A stretch of 62,789 nucleotides of DNA, the filler included, from Octopus bimaculoides (lineage: Eukaryota), in NCBI RefSeq assembly GCF_001194135.2. It is 6 parts of 6 records of this genome, joined end to end, with 100 filler letters (N's around TTAATTAATTAA, not from the genome) between each part and the next. Parts side by side here need not be neighbours in the genome. Positions count along the whole stretch, not along the records: positions 7,055 to 29,968 come from NC_069001.1; 5 more parts are not named here. One strand, 5' to 3'. Positions 13,314 through 25,560 of this stretch are shown in pieces; within the stretch, counting starts at the first letter, position 1, and each line of letters starts with the position of its first letter. A program made the translations under genes and the position numbers. The notes beneath the pieces are model-generated. The model ran no database searches, was not told where the DNA came from, and saw only the letters and a list, made by a program, of their open reading frames with translations.

Positions 13314-13315
<2 letters not shown>
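12665..13315 (+). mobile_element. tRNA-derived SINE family A (CORE-like CCTTGGGCAAG motif, internal microsatellite) with a nested insert at about 12851-13040
   Basis: Head GGCGTGGCTGTGTGGTAAGAAGC..GGTTCAGTC..GGCACCTTGGGCAAGTGTCTT; tail ..AAGTCCTGGGGTCGATT..GCAGTCAAAATGAC. Confidence 0.8.
12851..13040 (+). mobile_element. Penelope-like terminal-repeat fragment (family P1)
   Basis: TCTTCGAAACG..GCTGATGAAGG..CCAAGTGGC..TATACACATGTAGATG shared with 29720-29940 and 39690-39881; Penelope assignment is inferred from the hammerhead-like motifs. Confidence 0.55.
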
Positions 13316-13364
<49 letters not shown>

Positions 13365-13396
13365 TGTCTGACTGTCTGTCTGTCTGGCTGTCTATA

Positions 13397-13431
<35 letters not shown>

Positions 13432-14798
13432 GTATGCTAACATTTGTGTTTGTGTTTATTCTACGAAAGGTCGTTAAAATGTGATAAGCTGAGCCGCGAA
13501 CTCACAGAGTCTTTTGAATGTAGAACAAAACACCATACGGCATTTGTTCTGGCTGTTTACATTCTGAGTTCTTGAGTGGTAGACTTGGAGCAAATCTCCG
13601 GTTTAACGATATCTTCCCCTTGTCAGCTCAGTATTTTTGGGAACTCCTGAAAAAATAAGATAAAGCGATTAAAAAAAAAAGTAAGAAAGAAGATATTTTT
13701 CCCGCTGAGGAAGAGTAAAAAAAAGTCTATCGTTTCCGGTTGGATCCTTCGTTACCGGTTGAACCCGGCGTTAGAAAAGAATGAGATCAGTCAGACCCCA
13801 TTACTTCTTCCTCTTGGCAACAGAACTCAACTTTATCAACTCTATGAACTGAATGTTTACTAAATCAAACCAACCCTATTTTCCTCCGCTTCTTCTGTTC
13901 CACTTTATTATTAATTATTGTCGTATGTCTTTTTCTGTTTATTTCTTATATTTTTATCTCTGACGTCCCTTAGGAATTGGTAAAGTAGTTCCAGTCCGAC
14001 ATTCTTTAGGTTTTGGTCATATTTTCCTTGTTGGTGGCAGTTGGTATCTAAAGTTCAGAACCGTAATTTGATCTATGCTGTGTGTGTGTGCGTATGTTTG
14101 TGTGGTACGAGAGGTTAATGAATGCGGTTTCCTACGTGTGGCAACCTCAGTTTTACCGTTTTAAGGTTTAAAACGCTTCTCTTTCTATATTTTCTCTTTT
14201 TTTTAATGTTTTTATTCGGCCTGAAAAATATTCTTTGGTTTCAGTAACTGAACAGTGGCCATGATGGGGCACCGCCTTTCAGGGATTCAGTCGATTTTTC
14301 ATAATTTTACAAGAATTCCTTATAGTTTGTATGGATCATTACCAAATCTATCAGCAGGAATATTTGATTGAAGTTGTAGAAACGGTAAAGAAGACCAGGA
14401 ATTTCACAGTTGCTAATAAATAACCTGGAGCCAATGGGAAGAACCGTGAAGCAAAGAACACAAAGACCAGGATATGACCGTGTTTATAAAGTACAACACA
14501 CTTACACATATACACATAAACACACAAACACTCAAACACACAAATACACATACAAACACGCACTCACACTCATGCGCCCACACACTATTTCTCACACACA
14601 TGCATATATAAAAATACATCTATTTATATGCGTGTGCGTGAGCGTATAGATACTACATATATATATTATGTTATATACCGCATTCATGTCCCCGCCCACA
14701 CAAGCACACACCCACATGTAAATAAAGACCTATCTGTGTATATGTATGTGTGTGAGTGTACGAATAATACTTGCATGTGTGTGTATATATATATGTGG

Positions 14799-14842
<44 letters not shown>

Positions 14843-15359
14843 NNNNNNNNNNNNNNNNNNNNNNNNNNNNNNNNNNNNNNNNNNNNNNNNNNNNNNNNNN
14901 NNNNNNNNNNNNNNNNNNNNNNNNNNNNNNNNNNNNNNNNNNNNNNNNNNNNNNNNNNNNNNNNNNNNNNNNNNNNNNNNNNNNNNNNNNNNNNNNNNNN
15001 NNNNNNNNNNNNNNNNNNNNNNNNNNNNNNNNNNNNNNNNNNNNNNNNNNNNNNNNNNNNNNNNNNNNNNNNNNNNNNNNNNNNNNNNNNNNNNNNNNNN
15101 NNNNNNNNNNNNNNNNNNNNNNNNNNNNNNNNNNNNNNNNNNNNNNNTATATATATATATATATATATACCACATTCGAGACACCTCCACACATAGGCAT
15201 ACACAGATATAAATCTATATCCATGATAATGTATGTTTGAGTGTATAAATGAAACATATATATTATATATATACATATATATGTCTGTGTATGTGTGTGT
15301 ATATGTGTGTTTTAGGTGTGTATGTGTGTGCATGTGTGTGTATGTATGTGTGTGTGTGC

Positions 15360-15400
<41 letters not shown>

Positions 15401-15986
15401 TCAAAGCCGCTACTCTCATATATAGGCACAAGCTCCTGCATATCTCAAACGGAAGAAAATATTCATTGAAATAAATCAAAGTCATGGGAGTCAAAATTAG
15501 AAATACCGTGTGTCCGCGTGATAGTTGTGAACATCACGAAACAAGGTCTAGTGTGATGGTTAAAACGACCGTAGAAGGAGGAGGAGCAGGAGGAGGAGTC
15601 AATACAATGGCGCTCTTTGTATATGAAATGACAGAGAAGTACATTGACGAGACACCACCCTTCCACATTTCTCTTTCTGCAGATTGTTTATATATGTATA
15701 TATATATCAACTCCATTCGTGCGCGCGCACACACACACGCACCCACACACCCACACACATATACATGCAACCATACATATCAGTACATATACACATACAC
15801 ACATCTATGCATATGATGTATATGTGTATACATATATATATATGCGTGTATGTATATATATATATATATGTATATATTTGTGTATATATGTATATATATA
15901 CACACACACATATATAAATATATAAGCATATATAAATATATAAACATATATATATATATATTTACATATATACACACACGAACGCA

Positions 15987-16027
<41 letters not shown>

Positions 16028-16102
16028 ACACACTCATATACATATAAAAACATACATTCACACGTTTTTTTCCGTGAATCAATAGTTATGGGCGTTTGTC
16101 AA

Positions 16103-16315
16103 GGCGGCGAACTAGCAGAAACGTTAGCACGCCGGGCAAAATGCTTACCAGTATTTCGTCTGCCGTTATGTTCTGAGTTCAAATTCCGCCGAGGTCGACT
16201 TTGCCTTTCATCCTTTCGGGGTAACTAAAATAAGTACCAGTTACGCACTGGAGTCGGTGTAGTCGACTTACGCCTCCCCGAAATTGTGGCCTTGTGCCAA
16301 ATTTTGAAATCAGTA
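16103..16315 (+). mobile_element. tRNA-derived SINE family B
   Basis: GGCGGCGAACTAGCAGAAACGTTAGCACGCCGGGC..GAGTTCAAATTCCGCCGAGGTCGACTTTGCCTTTCATCC. Confidence 0.9.
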
Positions 16316-16589
16316 TTAATATATTTGGACAAATAAACTATATATAAATATGGTGACGACGTTATAAATGATACACACATATATATGCACATATACACTT
16401 TATTTGCATAAATTCACACAGATAAATATATAAATATACACATATACATATATAAACACGTGCATACACCGAAATAAACACATAAACACCGAACACACAC
16501 GAGCGCGCACATACAGATATGAAAAGATAACTCGATTCAGAGATTGACAGAAGGTTATGTACGTGCGTCCAAATGGATAGATAAGTAAA

Positions 16590-16610
16590 CAGACAGACAG
16601 ACAGGCAGAC

Positions 16611-16654
<44 letters not shown>

Positions 16655-16659
16655 GGATG

Positions 16660-16718
<59 letters not shown>

Positions 16719-16750
16719 GGATGGAAGGATAGATAGATAGATAGATGAAT
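16590..16750. repeat. (GACA)n/(GATA)n tetranucleotide microsatellite
   Basis: Long GATA run. Confidence 0.95.
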
Positions 16751-17867
16751 AGAGTTATATGAATCCATCATATATAGATAAAAATAGAAATATGATATTA
16801 CAGGTTTTAACTAAACGAAAAGACTGAACCCATTGGTTTCTCCCGCTCAACGAAACCAAAACAACTAAAATGTTTCTGCGGCGGTAAATTATCGGTTCAT
16901 AAGTTTGATACAGACACGTCTCTTACATAACAAACCAATGACCAATACACACACACGTGAGTGCGTGTACACCGAATATATACAGTATGTGTGTGCGTGT
17001 CTGTGCTTGCATGTAAGTGAGTGGGTGGGTGTGTATGCAAATATATATCTTTATATATATATATATNNNNNNNNNNNNNNNNNNNNNNNNNNNNNNNNNN
17101 NNNNNNNNNNNNNNNNNNNNNNNNNNNNNNNNNNNNNNNNNNNNNNNNNNNNNNNNNNNNNNNNNNNNNNNNNNNNNNNNNNNNNNNNNNNNNNNNNNNN
17201 NNNNNNNNNNNNNNNNNNNNNNNNNNNNNNNNNNNNNNNNNNNNNNNNNNNNNNNNNNNNNNNNNNNNNNNNNNNNNNNNNNNNNNNNNNNNNNNNNNNN
17301 NNNNNNNNNNNNNNNNNNNNNNNNNNNNNNNNNNNNNNNNNNNNNNNNNNNNNNNNNNNNNNNNNNNNNNNNNNNNNNNNNNNNNNNNNNNNNNNNNNNN
17401 NNNNNNNNNNNNNNNNNNNNNNNNNNNNNNNNNNNNNNNNNNNNNNNNNNNNNNNNNNNNNNNNNNNNNNNNNNNNNNNNNNNNNNNNNNNNNNNNNNNN
17501 NNNNNNNNNNNNNNNNNNNNNNNNNNNNNNNNNNNNNNNNNNNNNNNNNNNNNNNNNNNNNNNNNNNNNNNNNNNNNNNNNNNNNNNNNNNNNNNNNNNN
17601 NNNNNNNNNNNNNNNNNNNNNNNNNNNNNNNNNNNNNNNNNNNNNNNNNNNNNNNNNNNNNNNNNNNNNNNNNNNNNNNNNNNNNNNNNNNNNNNNNNNN
17701 NNNNNNNNNNNNNNNNNNNNNNNNNNNNNNNNNNNNNNNNNNNNNNNNNNNNNNNNNNNNNNNNNNNNNNNNNNNNNNNNNNNNNNNNNNNNNNNNNNNN
17801 NNNNNNNNNNNNNNNNNNNNNNNNNNNNNNNNNNNNNNNNNNNNNNNNNNNNNNNNNNNNNNNNNNN

Positions 17868-17901
<34 letters not shown>

Positions 17902-17965
17902 TCACACACACACTTAGATATACATAGATATATATACATATGTATGTAAGTATGTATGTAACTAA

Positions 17966-18015
<50 letters not shown>

Positions 18016-18334
18016 GCATAAAGGACACAAGAAATACAGATAAACAGTCATGCTTAATGAAAGACACCGCTCACCCGCCATTTATACAGACGCGCGCGCG
18101 CATAGGCATAATGCCATTCATTTACACACGCATATTCCATATTCGCACGGCACGTATACACACATCCAGCGGCAGAAATCCCTTTTTAAGTGAATAAATC
18201 TTTTATACATGCTTAATGTAATTCAATCTTGCATGAATTTGCATATATATGTGTGTATGGATGCGTGTGTGTAATTATATACGTTTGTTTATGTATATGT
18301 AATGAAAGGGCCTTAATAAAACTCTCTCTGTCTG

Positions 18335-18395
<61 letters not shown>

Positions 18396-18462
18396 NNNNN
18401 NNNNNCCTCTCTCTCACACACACACACACACGCCCCCCCCACATATATATATAGCTTTCAAA

Positions 18463-18610
18463 TTTGTCACAAGGCCAACAATATTGCAAGACTTATTTTA
18501 TCGACCTCAAAGAGACAAAAAGTCGACCTCGGAGGAACTTGAACTGAGACTGTAATGACGGACGAAATGCCACTAAGCAATTTGCTCGGCGTGCTAACGA
18601 TTGTGCCACC
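18463..18610 (-). mobile_element. tRNA-derived SINE family B (degenerate)
   Basis: Reverse complement of family B: AAAGTCGACCTCGG.GGAA.TTGAACT.AGA..CTAAGCA.TT.GC.CGGCGTGCTAACG. Confidence 0.8.
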
Positions 18611-19464
18611 TCACCTTATATATGTATGTATGTATGTATGTGTGTATGTATGTATGTATGTGGGTGCATGTATGTATGTATGTATGTATGCATGTATGTA
18701 TGTATGTTTGTATGTGTGTGCGTGTATGTATGTATGTATGTATGTATGTGTGTGTGTGTGTGTATGTACATGATATATATATATACACACATAAATGTAT
18801 GTATATGTATTCAAATCAGGCTGAAGAGGAATGGACAATCGGTAACATTTGCTAAATCCGAAACCGGTACCTGTTTAATAATGTTTTTTTTAGGTGATTT
18901 AAAATGTCTTGCCCGCTTACGTTTTGGTATGCTGCTATATTTCATGTTGAGAGCAATTTAGGTCTTAATAGACACAAGATGTGATCTATTTCTAGCACAT
19001 TAATTGTCCACGTTAGTGGTTAACGTTATTTTAAAAAAAATATTCATATATACATGTATATGTATTTATATATAAGTGGGAGAATGTACGAAAAAACAAC
19101 AGACGAGGACGCGCGCGCGCGCGCGCACACACACATATATATATGTATGCATGTATGTATATATATATATATGTGTGTGTGTGTATGTGTATGTATGTAT
19201 ATATACACATGCGCACGAAGATAGTTAATGAAGTAATTAAAAGAGTGGGGGGGGGAGAACAAACATTGACACTGTCCACATAAAGCGGATATACAATGCC
19301 CAACCTCAGAAACGAAGGAGAAACTGAACCTCAAATTGGTTGTTCACCAAACAGCAAAGAAAATCTCCGACGTAGGAGATAATGCAGAAATGGATGAGTA
19401 TAATAAGAGAAGGGAAAGTAGAGTACAGAATGGTCACTGCCAGGATATATTTTATTGTTTTGTT

Positions 19465-19893
19465 TTTTTACATGTTTCAGTCATTGGACTGCGATCATGA
19501 TGGAGCACCATCTTCAAGAACTAAGTCCAGCGGTTCTTATCCGGGATGCATATGACCCTTCGGGGTATCACATAAGATTTTGTTGCTAAAATTTATGTGC
19601 AATAAATCTGTTATACACTTTCAAAAGATTTTAACGATTTTTATACAGTTCTTAATAATTATAAAGACATCTTTTATCTGTCACTTGTCCCAGTCTTTAG
19701 ACTGCGATAATTCTACAGCACCAACTTCAAGAATTTTTAGTCGAGTGACTCCAACCACTACTTATTTATTTATTTTTTTAGAGCCTGGTGCTTAGTCTAT
19801 CGGTCTTTTTTGCCGAACCGCAAAATTACGGGGATGTAAACACTTCAGCACTAGTTGTCAAGTGATGGTGGGAGACAAACACAGACACAAAGT

Positions 19894-19900
<7 letters not shown>
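19465..19900 (-). mobile_element. SINE family A 3' part, with a partial tail duplication around an unrelated insert
   Basis: TTTCAGTCATTGGACTGCG..GAGCACC and GCCGAACCGC..GTTGTCAAG..GGGAGACAAACACAGACAC; a ~43-bp tail segment is present twice (19478-19520, 19691-19733). Confidence 0.7.
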
Positions 19901-19952
<52 letters not shown>

Positions 19953-20538
19953 ACACACATACAAATATATTTAAAATTTTAAGTTTAGATAAGAGACTGA
20001 ATTGTAATATCCAAACCTTGTAATATCCAAACTTTGAATTGTAATATCCAAGCCTAGCAATGTGCCTTGAGAGCACGTTCACCACTTACGGCCACCAGGC
20101 GTCAACCTAGCACGACGATCGTTTCGGCTTACATCTGCATTGCTTTCTATGGATGGGGAAAGATATAATGGAATCTAATGTATACCACAGTGCAGAAGAA
20201 ATTTCATCTGGTTACATAATACGCTACACTGTTATGATATGTACATTTTGCTACCGTATGTGGTAGGATGAAGTTGGTAGGATATGTACGTTTATAGTAT
20301 GTAACCTGATGACGTTTTGACGAAAATTGTTCATTGCTTGAAAAATATTGGTCAAATTTAATAAAATTTAATATGTACTCAATGCATGAAGTTTCATTGT
20401 TGGGCCCAAAGCCTAATGAAGAGCTCTCCACAGGAGTTAGCTTAAAAGCCACCCTATCGGGGCGTATGTTCCTTATGCATATATCGTTTGCGGGGAGAGA
20501 AATATACACCACCATCACGAGTTTCTAAACCATCAGAT

Positions 20539-20798
20539 CAAGAGATAGCAGTGACTTATCTCCCCGCCAGCGATATATAGAACAGCAGTACCAGAAGAGG
20601 CGCTGGTGTCGTGCTTAGCCGGTGAGATCAAATTAAAAAAGGTATTTATTAGTGACAGAGGCTGTATTAATACCGAGAGGTAATATTTATCCCAACTTAA
20701 ACGTAAATGTTCTGTTGGAAGCTCACTGGCTAAGTGCGACACCAGCGCCTGTTATTCTAGATATCTCTGGCGGGGATATGAGTCGCTACTATTTCTTG
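20539..20798. mobile_element. Foldback/MITE-like element with ~75-85 bp imperfect inverted arms
   Basis: 20539-20626 is the reverse complement of 20722-20798 apart from one indel and scattered mismatches. Confidence 0.7.
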
Positions 20799-20999
20799 CA
20801 GTCGAGCGTCCATCATTGACAAGACCAAGGAAGGTCGAAATCACGTGACCTGGTTGTCTCGGCGCTGGATATGGCGGGGATTTATCTCGCAGCTAGCGAC
20901 AAAAACAAGAGTGCATTTTGAGAGTTTCTCTTATGGTAACTTCGAAAGTAAAGTTTGTTTTAACAGAAGATCCACGTTTAAGCGTGGATAAATATATAT

Positions 21000-21350
21000 A
21001 TTTGATGTTTAAAGTGGTGGAAATGAAACAGTGTTGGTTGGTTGACTACAAAAGTTTGTCGAACAAGCTCAAGCTTCACCGTTCAAACAATACACCATCG
21101 CCATATGTGCTCTCCTCCAGGGATTAGCTCTTGACATATATGGCCTTCGATTTTCAAATTGTGTTCACCATTATTGTCCGAAGAATTGTCATTTGGCAGC
21201 TCCAGCAGTAGAGGCATTTATATGTCACCGAGAGGTGTGGTTTGATTTTCAAGGGAGAGATCGGGTTTATTATCGTTAATAGATCAAACTCCTTAATTAA
21301 CGGGAAGCTTTTTCTGGAAATAAGATACTTTGAACATATGTTACTCCAAA
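21000..21350 (-). mobile_element. Possible LINE apurinic-endonuclease fragment, highly decayed
   Basis: Minus translation NGEHNLKIEGH..PGG..(frameshift)YGDGVLFER loosely resembles the APE IxGY..GGGV motif. Confidence 0.3.
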
Positions 21351-21939
21351 TGAGTAAACTGATATGGAATTTTTGAACTTTGGTGTAGAATTTAGATTAA
21401 AACTTATGGGGTTACTGTCACATTCTTTTAACCGATTCGCTCAAGACAGAATACTGATAAGTTTGAGAGCCAATTTCCCAAACACATGCGCATGCACACA
21501 TACATACAAAACATATATGCACTCATGCAAAGATATATGCATATATACATGCATACACACGTACACATACAGAGACACACTAATATAGGTTATTAACGAA
21601 ATAAAATGTGACTGATCCGTAACGCATCGCTGCTTGAATAATTTCTTTCTGCAGAGGAATGTTGTTAATATGATACTAATGGTTTCATACAAATAGTCAC
21701 AATTATTCAGTCGTACTTCGAATAATACTAAAAATTCGGCCATCTCATCAGCGGTGAGTGCCATCGACATTGTAATTGAGATTTCACGTGGCAACAGATC
21801 GTACAAACACAAGGTGCTTAAAAGGATGTAAGGGGAAATTCTTTTACACTTTTACTGTTTTCAGTCCGTAGATAATGCGAGTAAGAACATCACTATTGTT
21901 ACTGATGTTACAATAGTCCACCTAAAGTTAGTGTTGGGT

Positions 21940-22620
21940 GAAAGATAGACCTTTATGCTGCTGCTCTCATACAGGTGTCTTCGTGACGTGAACCCGTGTA
22001 AGATGTTTGACAGTAGAGTATTGAAATTTTAGTTTGAATACCTTAAAATACTTCTCAAACAAATTTCTCGTATTTTCGGTAGCATACTGAAAACCTGAGA
22101 CCCTTTGGACCCTAAGCTATTGCTGTATTTGGTTCTAACTGTAGATGGGAAAACAGTACATTGTAATAAATGTACTGTCTTCGCTTCAAGAAGCACAGCC
22201 TTAGTTTCCTCAGTCCCCTAATGGTTGCTTATCTGCTATGCAGAAGCAATCTTCTTGGTGTTGCACGAGGAAATGCTGAAAAGTTCCTGGCTTTGGATAA
22301 AAGAAAATACAGGAGGATAAGTTAATTATGATTTTATTGAACATATTTCCCTCTGAGATTCACATACTTATTGCAGCGGCCCTTCAATTTTCTAAACCCT
22401 ATAAATGAACTCAGAAGGTTGGGCCTCCAGCCAGGCCTTTCGAGATACCCTTAAATCCAGGAACTTTTCAGCACCTCTCGAAGAGTTGGATTTCTTCATG
22501 TTACACAGTTCTTTCAACACTAGGTGCCGGATATAATCCAGAACCATAATGTAGAAGACTGACCGCAAATGACCACCACAGGATCAAAATAGATTCATAT
22601 TCTCTCGTTCAAAACATATC
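21940..22620 (-). mobile_element. CR1/L2-type LINE 3' fragment interrupted by a mariner MITE
   Basis: Minus translation fragments TKKIAS..(RL)RKLRL..LE and RTKYSNSLGSKGSQVFSMLP resemble the CR1-clade C-terminus. Confidence 0.6.
22266..22480. mobile_element. Mariner-derived MITE
   Basis: TIRs CGAGGAAATGCTGAAAAGTTCCTGG / CCAGGAACTTTTCAGCACCTCTCG. Confidence 0.8.
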
Positions 22621-22879
22621 ACAAAATATCCTTCCAAATGCCTTCATTACACATGCTAATGATATTAGTTACTTGTGCGTTAATGGATGCATCATTACCT
22701 CTTTCTGCTGTTTAGGCCACATACTGATAACAAAATTGGAATAATATATATTCAAAGTCATTGACGACACACTGAAAAATTGTTTCAGTGAAAATCAGAT
22801 ATTGTCAAATGTATGAAGCATAATGAGTTCCTGAACTAACTCTTACACACAAACACACACACATATACACACACGTGCA

Positions 22880-22926
<47 letters not shown>

Positions 22927-22960
22927 CGACTGACAAGGGACACAAGCTCCGTACAGCATG

Positions 22961-23010
22961 GAGTCATATCATCGATGATTCTAGATTTGATTAATCTTCA
23001 TCAGTGACCC
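22961..23010 (-). ncRNA. Degenerate minimal type I hammerhead ribozyme motif
   Basis: GGGUCA-CUGAUGA-AGAUU/AAUCU-AGA-AUCAUCGAUGAU-A-UGACUC; all three helices present, second core strand reads AGA instead of GAA. Confidence 0.55.
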
Positions 23011-23465
23011 ATTACTCTGTCACCGAGGATTAAAAACTTAACTCACCTTGTCAGTCTTGTAGAAAACACCATAGGAAACATATATATATATATATATACA
23101 TATATACACACACACATACATACACACATATATATATGTGTGTATACATACATTTATATAAAAACATATATACATATATATATATGTATGTATTCAGATG
23201 TATATATGTGTAGACATGCACGTATGTATATATGTATGTGTGTATGTATGTATGTATGTATGTATGTATGTATGTATGTATGCATGTATGTGTGTATGTA
23301 TATGCATGTATGTATGTATGTATTACCGCAAGAAAGATGATACACATTAAATATTTAATGAGTTACATTTGAAAAACGCAACATTCATCGCAATTTACAC
23401 GTCCCTCTAAAGTTCAACACCCCTATTTAGAAAAACGCTGAGAAATACGTATCTGTGAGCGAACG

Positions 23466-23508
<43 letters not shown>

Positions 23509-23599
23509 ATATGATGGACTTTACCGTAGAAGACGATGTGTGAGCGTTCAGTTTTTGCTAAATGTTCTTCCCCCATGATTTATAATGATCGAATACATG

Positions 23600-23760
23600 T
23601 GCCGCACATTAGCTCACTGTCTCCATCGAACAGATGCACAGTGTGCCACCTATCAGGTGCGGAAGGGATTGCGGAACAACGTGAAATGAACACAACTCAC
23701 CGGTCTCGGAATTGAAATCACGATCTCGTGATTGTGAGTGGAACACTCTACCAACTAAGC
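23600..23760 (-). mobile_element. tRNA-derived SINE family D
   Basis: Reverse complement GCTTAGTTGGTAGAGTGTTCCACTCACAATCACGAGATCGTGATTTCAATTCC..CATTTCACGTTG; similar to 9999-10270. Confidence 0.65.
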
Positions 23761-24458
23761 GAGGTGTCCTNNNNNNNNNNNNNNNNNNNNNNNNNNNNNN
23801 NNNNNNNNNNNNNNNNNNNNNNNNNNNNNNNNNNNNNNNNNNNNNNNNNNNNNNNNNNNNNNNNNNNNNNNNNNNNNNNNNNNNNNNNNNNNNNNNNNNN
23901 NNNNNNNNNNNNNNNNNNNNNNNNNNNNNNNNNNNNNNNNNNNNNNNNNNNNNNNNNNNNNNNNNNNNNNNNNNNNNNNNNNNNNNNNNNNNNNNNNNNN
24001 NNNNNNNNNNNNNNNNNNNNNNNNNNNNNNNNNNNNNNNNNNNNNNNNNNNNNNNNNNNNNNNNNNNNNNNNNNNNNNNNNNNNNNNNNNNNNNNNNNNN
24101 NNNNNNNNNNNNNNNNNNNNNNNNNNNNNNNNNNNNNNNNNNNNNNNNNNNNNNNNNNNNNNNNNNNNNNNNNNNNNNNNNNNNNNNNNNNNNNNNNNNN
24201 NNNNNNNNNNNNNNNNNNNNNNNNNNNNNNNNNNNNNNNNNNNNNNNNNNNNNNNNNNNNNNNNNNNNNNNNNNNNNNNNNNNNNNNNNNNNNNNNNNNN
24301 NNNNNNNNNNNNNNNNNNNNNNNNNNNNNNNNNNNNNNNNNNNNNNNNNNNNNNNNNNNNNNNNNNNNNNNNNNNNNNNNNNNNNNNNNNNNNNNNNNNN
24401 NNNNNNNNNNNNNNNNNNNNNNNNNNNNNNNNNNNNNNNNNNNNNNNNNNNNNNNNNA

Positions 24459-24768
24459 ATTAACGTGCAAGTGGCTGAGCACTCCACAGACACGTGTACC
24501 CTTAACGTAGTTCTCGGGGATATTCAGCGTGACACAGTGTGACAAGGCTAACCCTTTGAATTACAAGCACAACAGAAACAGGAAGAAAGAGTGAGAGAAA
24601 GTTGTGGTGAAAGAGTACAGCAGGGTTTCGCCACCATCCTCAGCCGGAGCCTCGTGGAGCTTTAGGTGTTTTCGCTCAATAAACACTCACAACGCCTGGT
24701 CTGGGAATCGAAACCGCGATCCTATGACCACGAGTCCGCTGCCCTAACCACTGGGCCATTGCCCCTCC
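24459..24768 (-). mobile_element. tRNA-derived SINE family C
   Basis: High-identity reverse complement of 31251-31555. Confidence 0.9.
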
Positions 24769-24845
24769 ACACATACATACATACATACATACATACACGC
24801 ATACACATATGATTTATGTCAAAAACGCACGTGCGCTTGGTTCAT

Positions 24846-25155
24846 CACATTTCGACATTGTCTCCTTCCTTTTCGATGCACTTCTTCCAGCGGTCCACAA
24901 GCTTACTTATTCCATCGGAGAAGGTTTTTGGTTCGTCTCGCAGCTATTTATGCACCGCTTTATGCGCTTCTTCGTTTGTATCAAATCGATGGCCTTGTAA
25001 AGGATATTTGAACGGTCCAAAGAGTTGACAGTCGGAAGGAGCGAAATCTGGACTGCATGCAGGATGTTCCAGCAACTTGAAACCCAATTTTTGACGGTTT
25101 CAATACGGTGGGCGGCCGTATGTGGGCGTACATTGTCGTATGACAATAATACTCG
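24846..25155 (-). mobile_element. Mariner transposase C-terminal fragment (pseudogenised)
   Basis: DNVRPHTA..(frameshift)LGFKLLEHPACSPDFAPSDCQLFGP..RFDTNEE..DGISKLVDRWKKCIEKEGDNVE matches the mariner HDNARPH / YSPDLAPSD motifs. Confidence 0.9.
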
Positions 25156-25295
25156 TTATTTACATTCCAACCATCGTCACTATTTAGTGTTGAACTAGGA
25201 ATCTCCCTCTTAAGGTTGCTCATCCCAGTAGCATTATCTGAGTTTCTAGGCAGTTTCTTGTTACCATTAATTGTACTATTGCTACGATTATACGT

Positions 25296-25560
25296 ATTAT
25301 TATTATTTTTTTTTCACTCAAGTTTTGCTACAACTCCTGGAATCTTGCATTCGTAGCGGGCTTGTAAAGTGCAGCCTACGGTACCATTCTATCTGTTATT
25401 TTCAACTAATACTTTCTCTATGATTCTGGCCGTATCAAGGAGACAAACTTTTGGCAACAATTCTACTGAGTACTCTATTCCAATTTCCTTTATATTTCTC
25501 TCGATGTCTTTTGATACTGTCACCAATGACTCAGCAATAATCGGCACTAACTTCATCTTT
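25296..25560 (-). mobile_element. R4/Dong-like retrotransposon 3' end fragment
   Basis: KLVPIIAESLVTVSKDIERNIKEIGIEYSVELLPKVCLLDTARIIEKVL, followed by a 3' UTR ending in (TAA)n. Confidence 0.7.

Noticed and set aside
13560-13647. Strong minus-strand acceptor TTATTTTTTCAG
   Set aside because: All frames stop within 15 codons and no good donor follows.
20111-20138. Half-hammerhead CCGAAACGAUCGUC (minus strand)
   Set aside because: No CUGANGA strand or helix I; at most a Penelope terminal remnant.
21654-21752. Strong acceptor (TTTCTTTCTGCAG) and donor (G|GTGAGT) pair on the plus strand
   Set aside because: Stop codons in all three frames; a non-coding exon cannot be excluded but has no support.
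21441-21812. 123-aa minus-strand ORF (MALTADEMAEFL...)
   Set aside because: No recognisable domain, ends in microsatellite-derived sequence, no clear splice sites.
23047-23055. 9-nt micro-exon ACTGACAAG with a GTGAGT donor (minus strand)
   Set aside because: Weak AAG acceptor directly after a microsatellite and next to a repeat remnant; likely chance.
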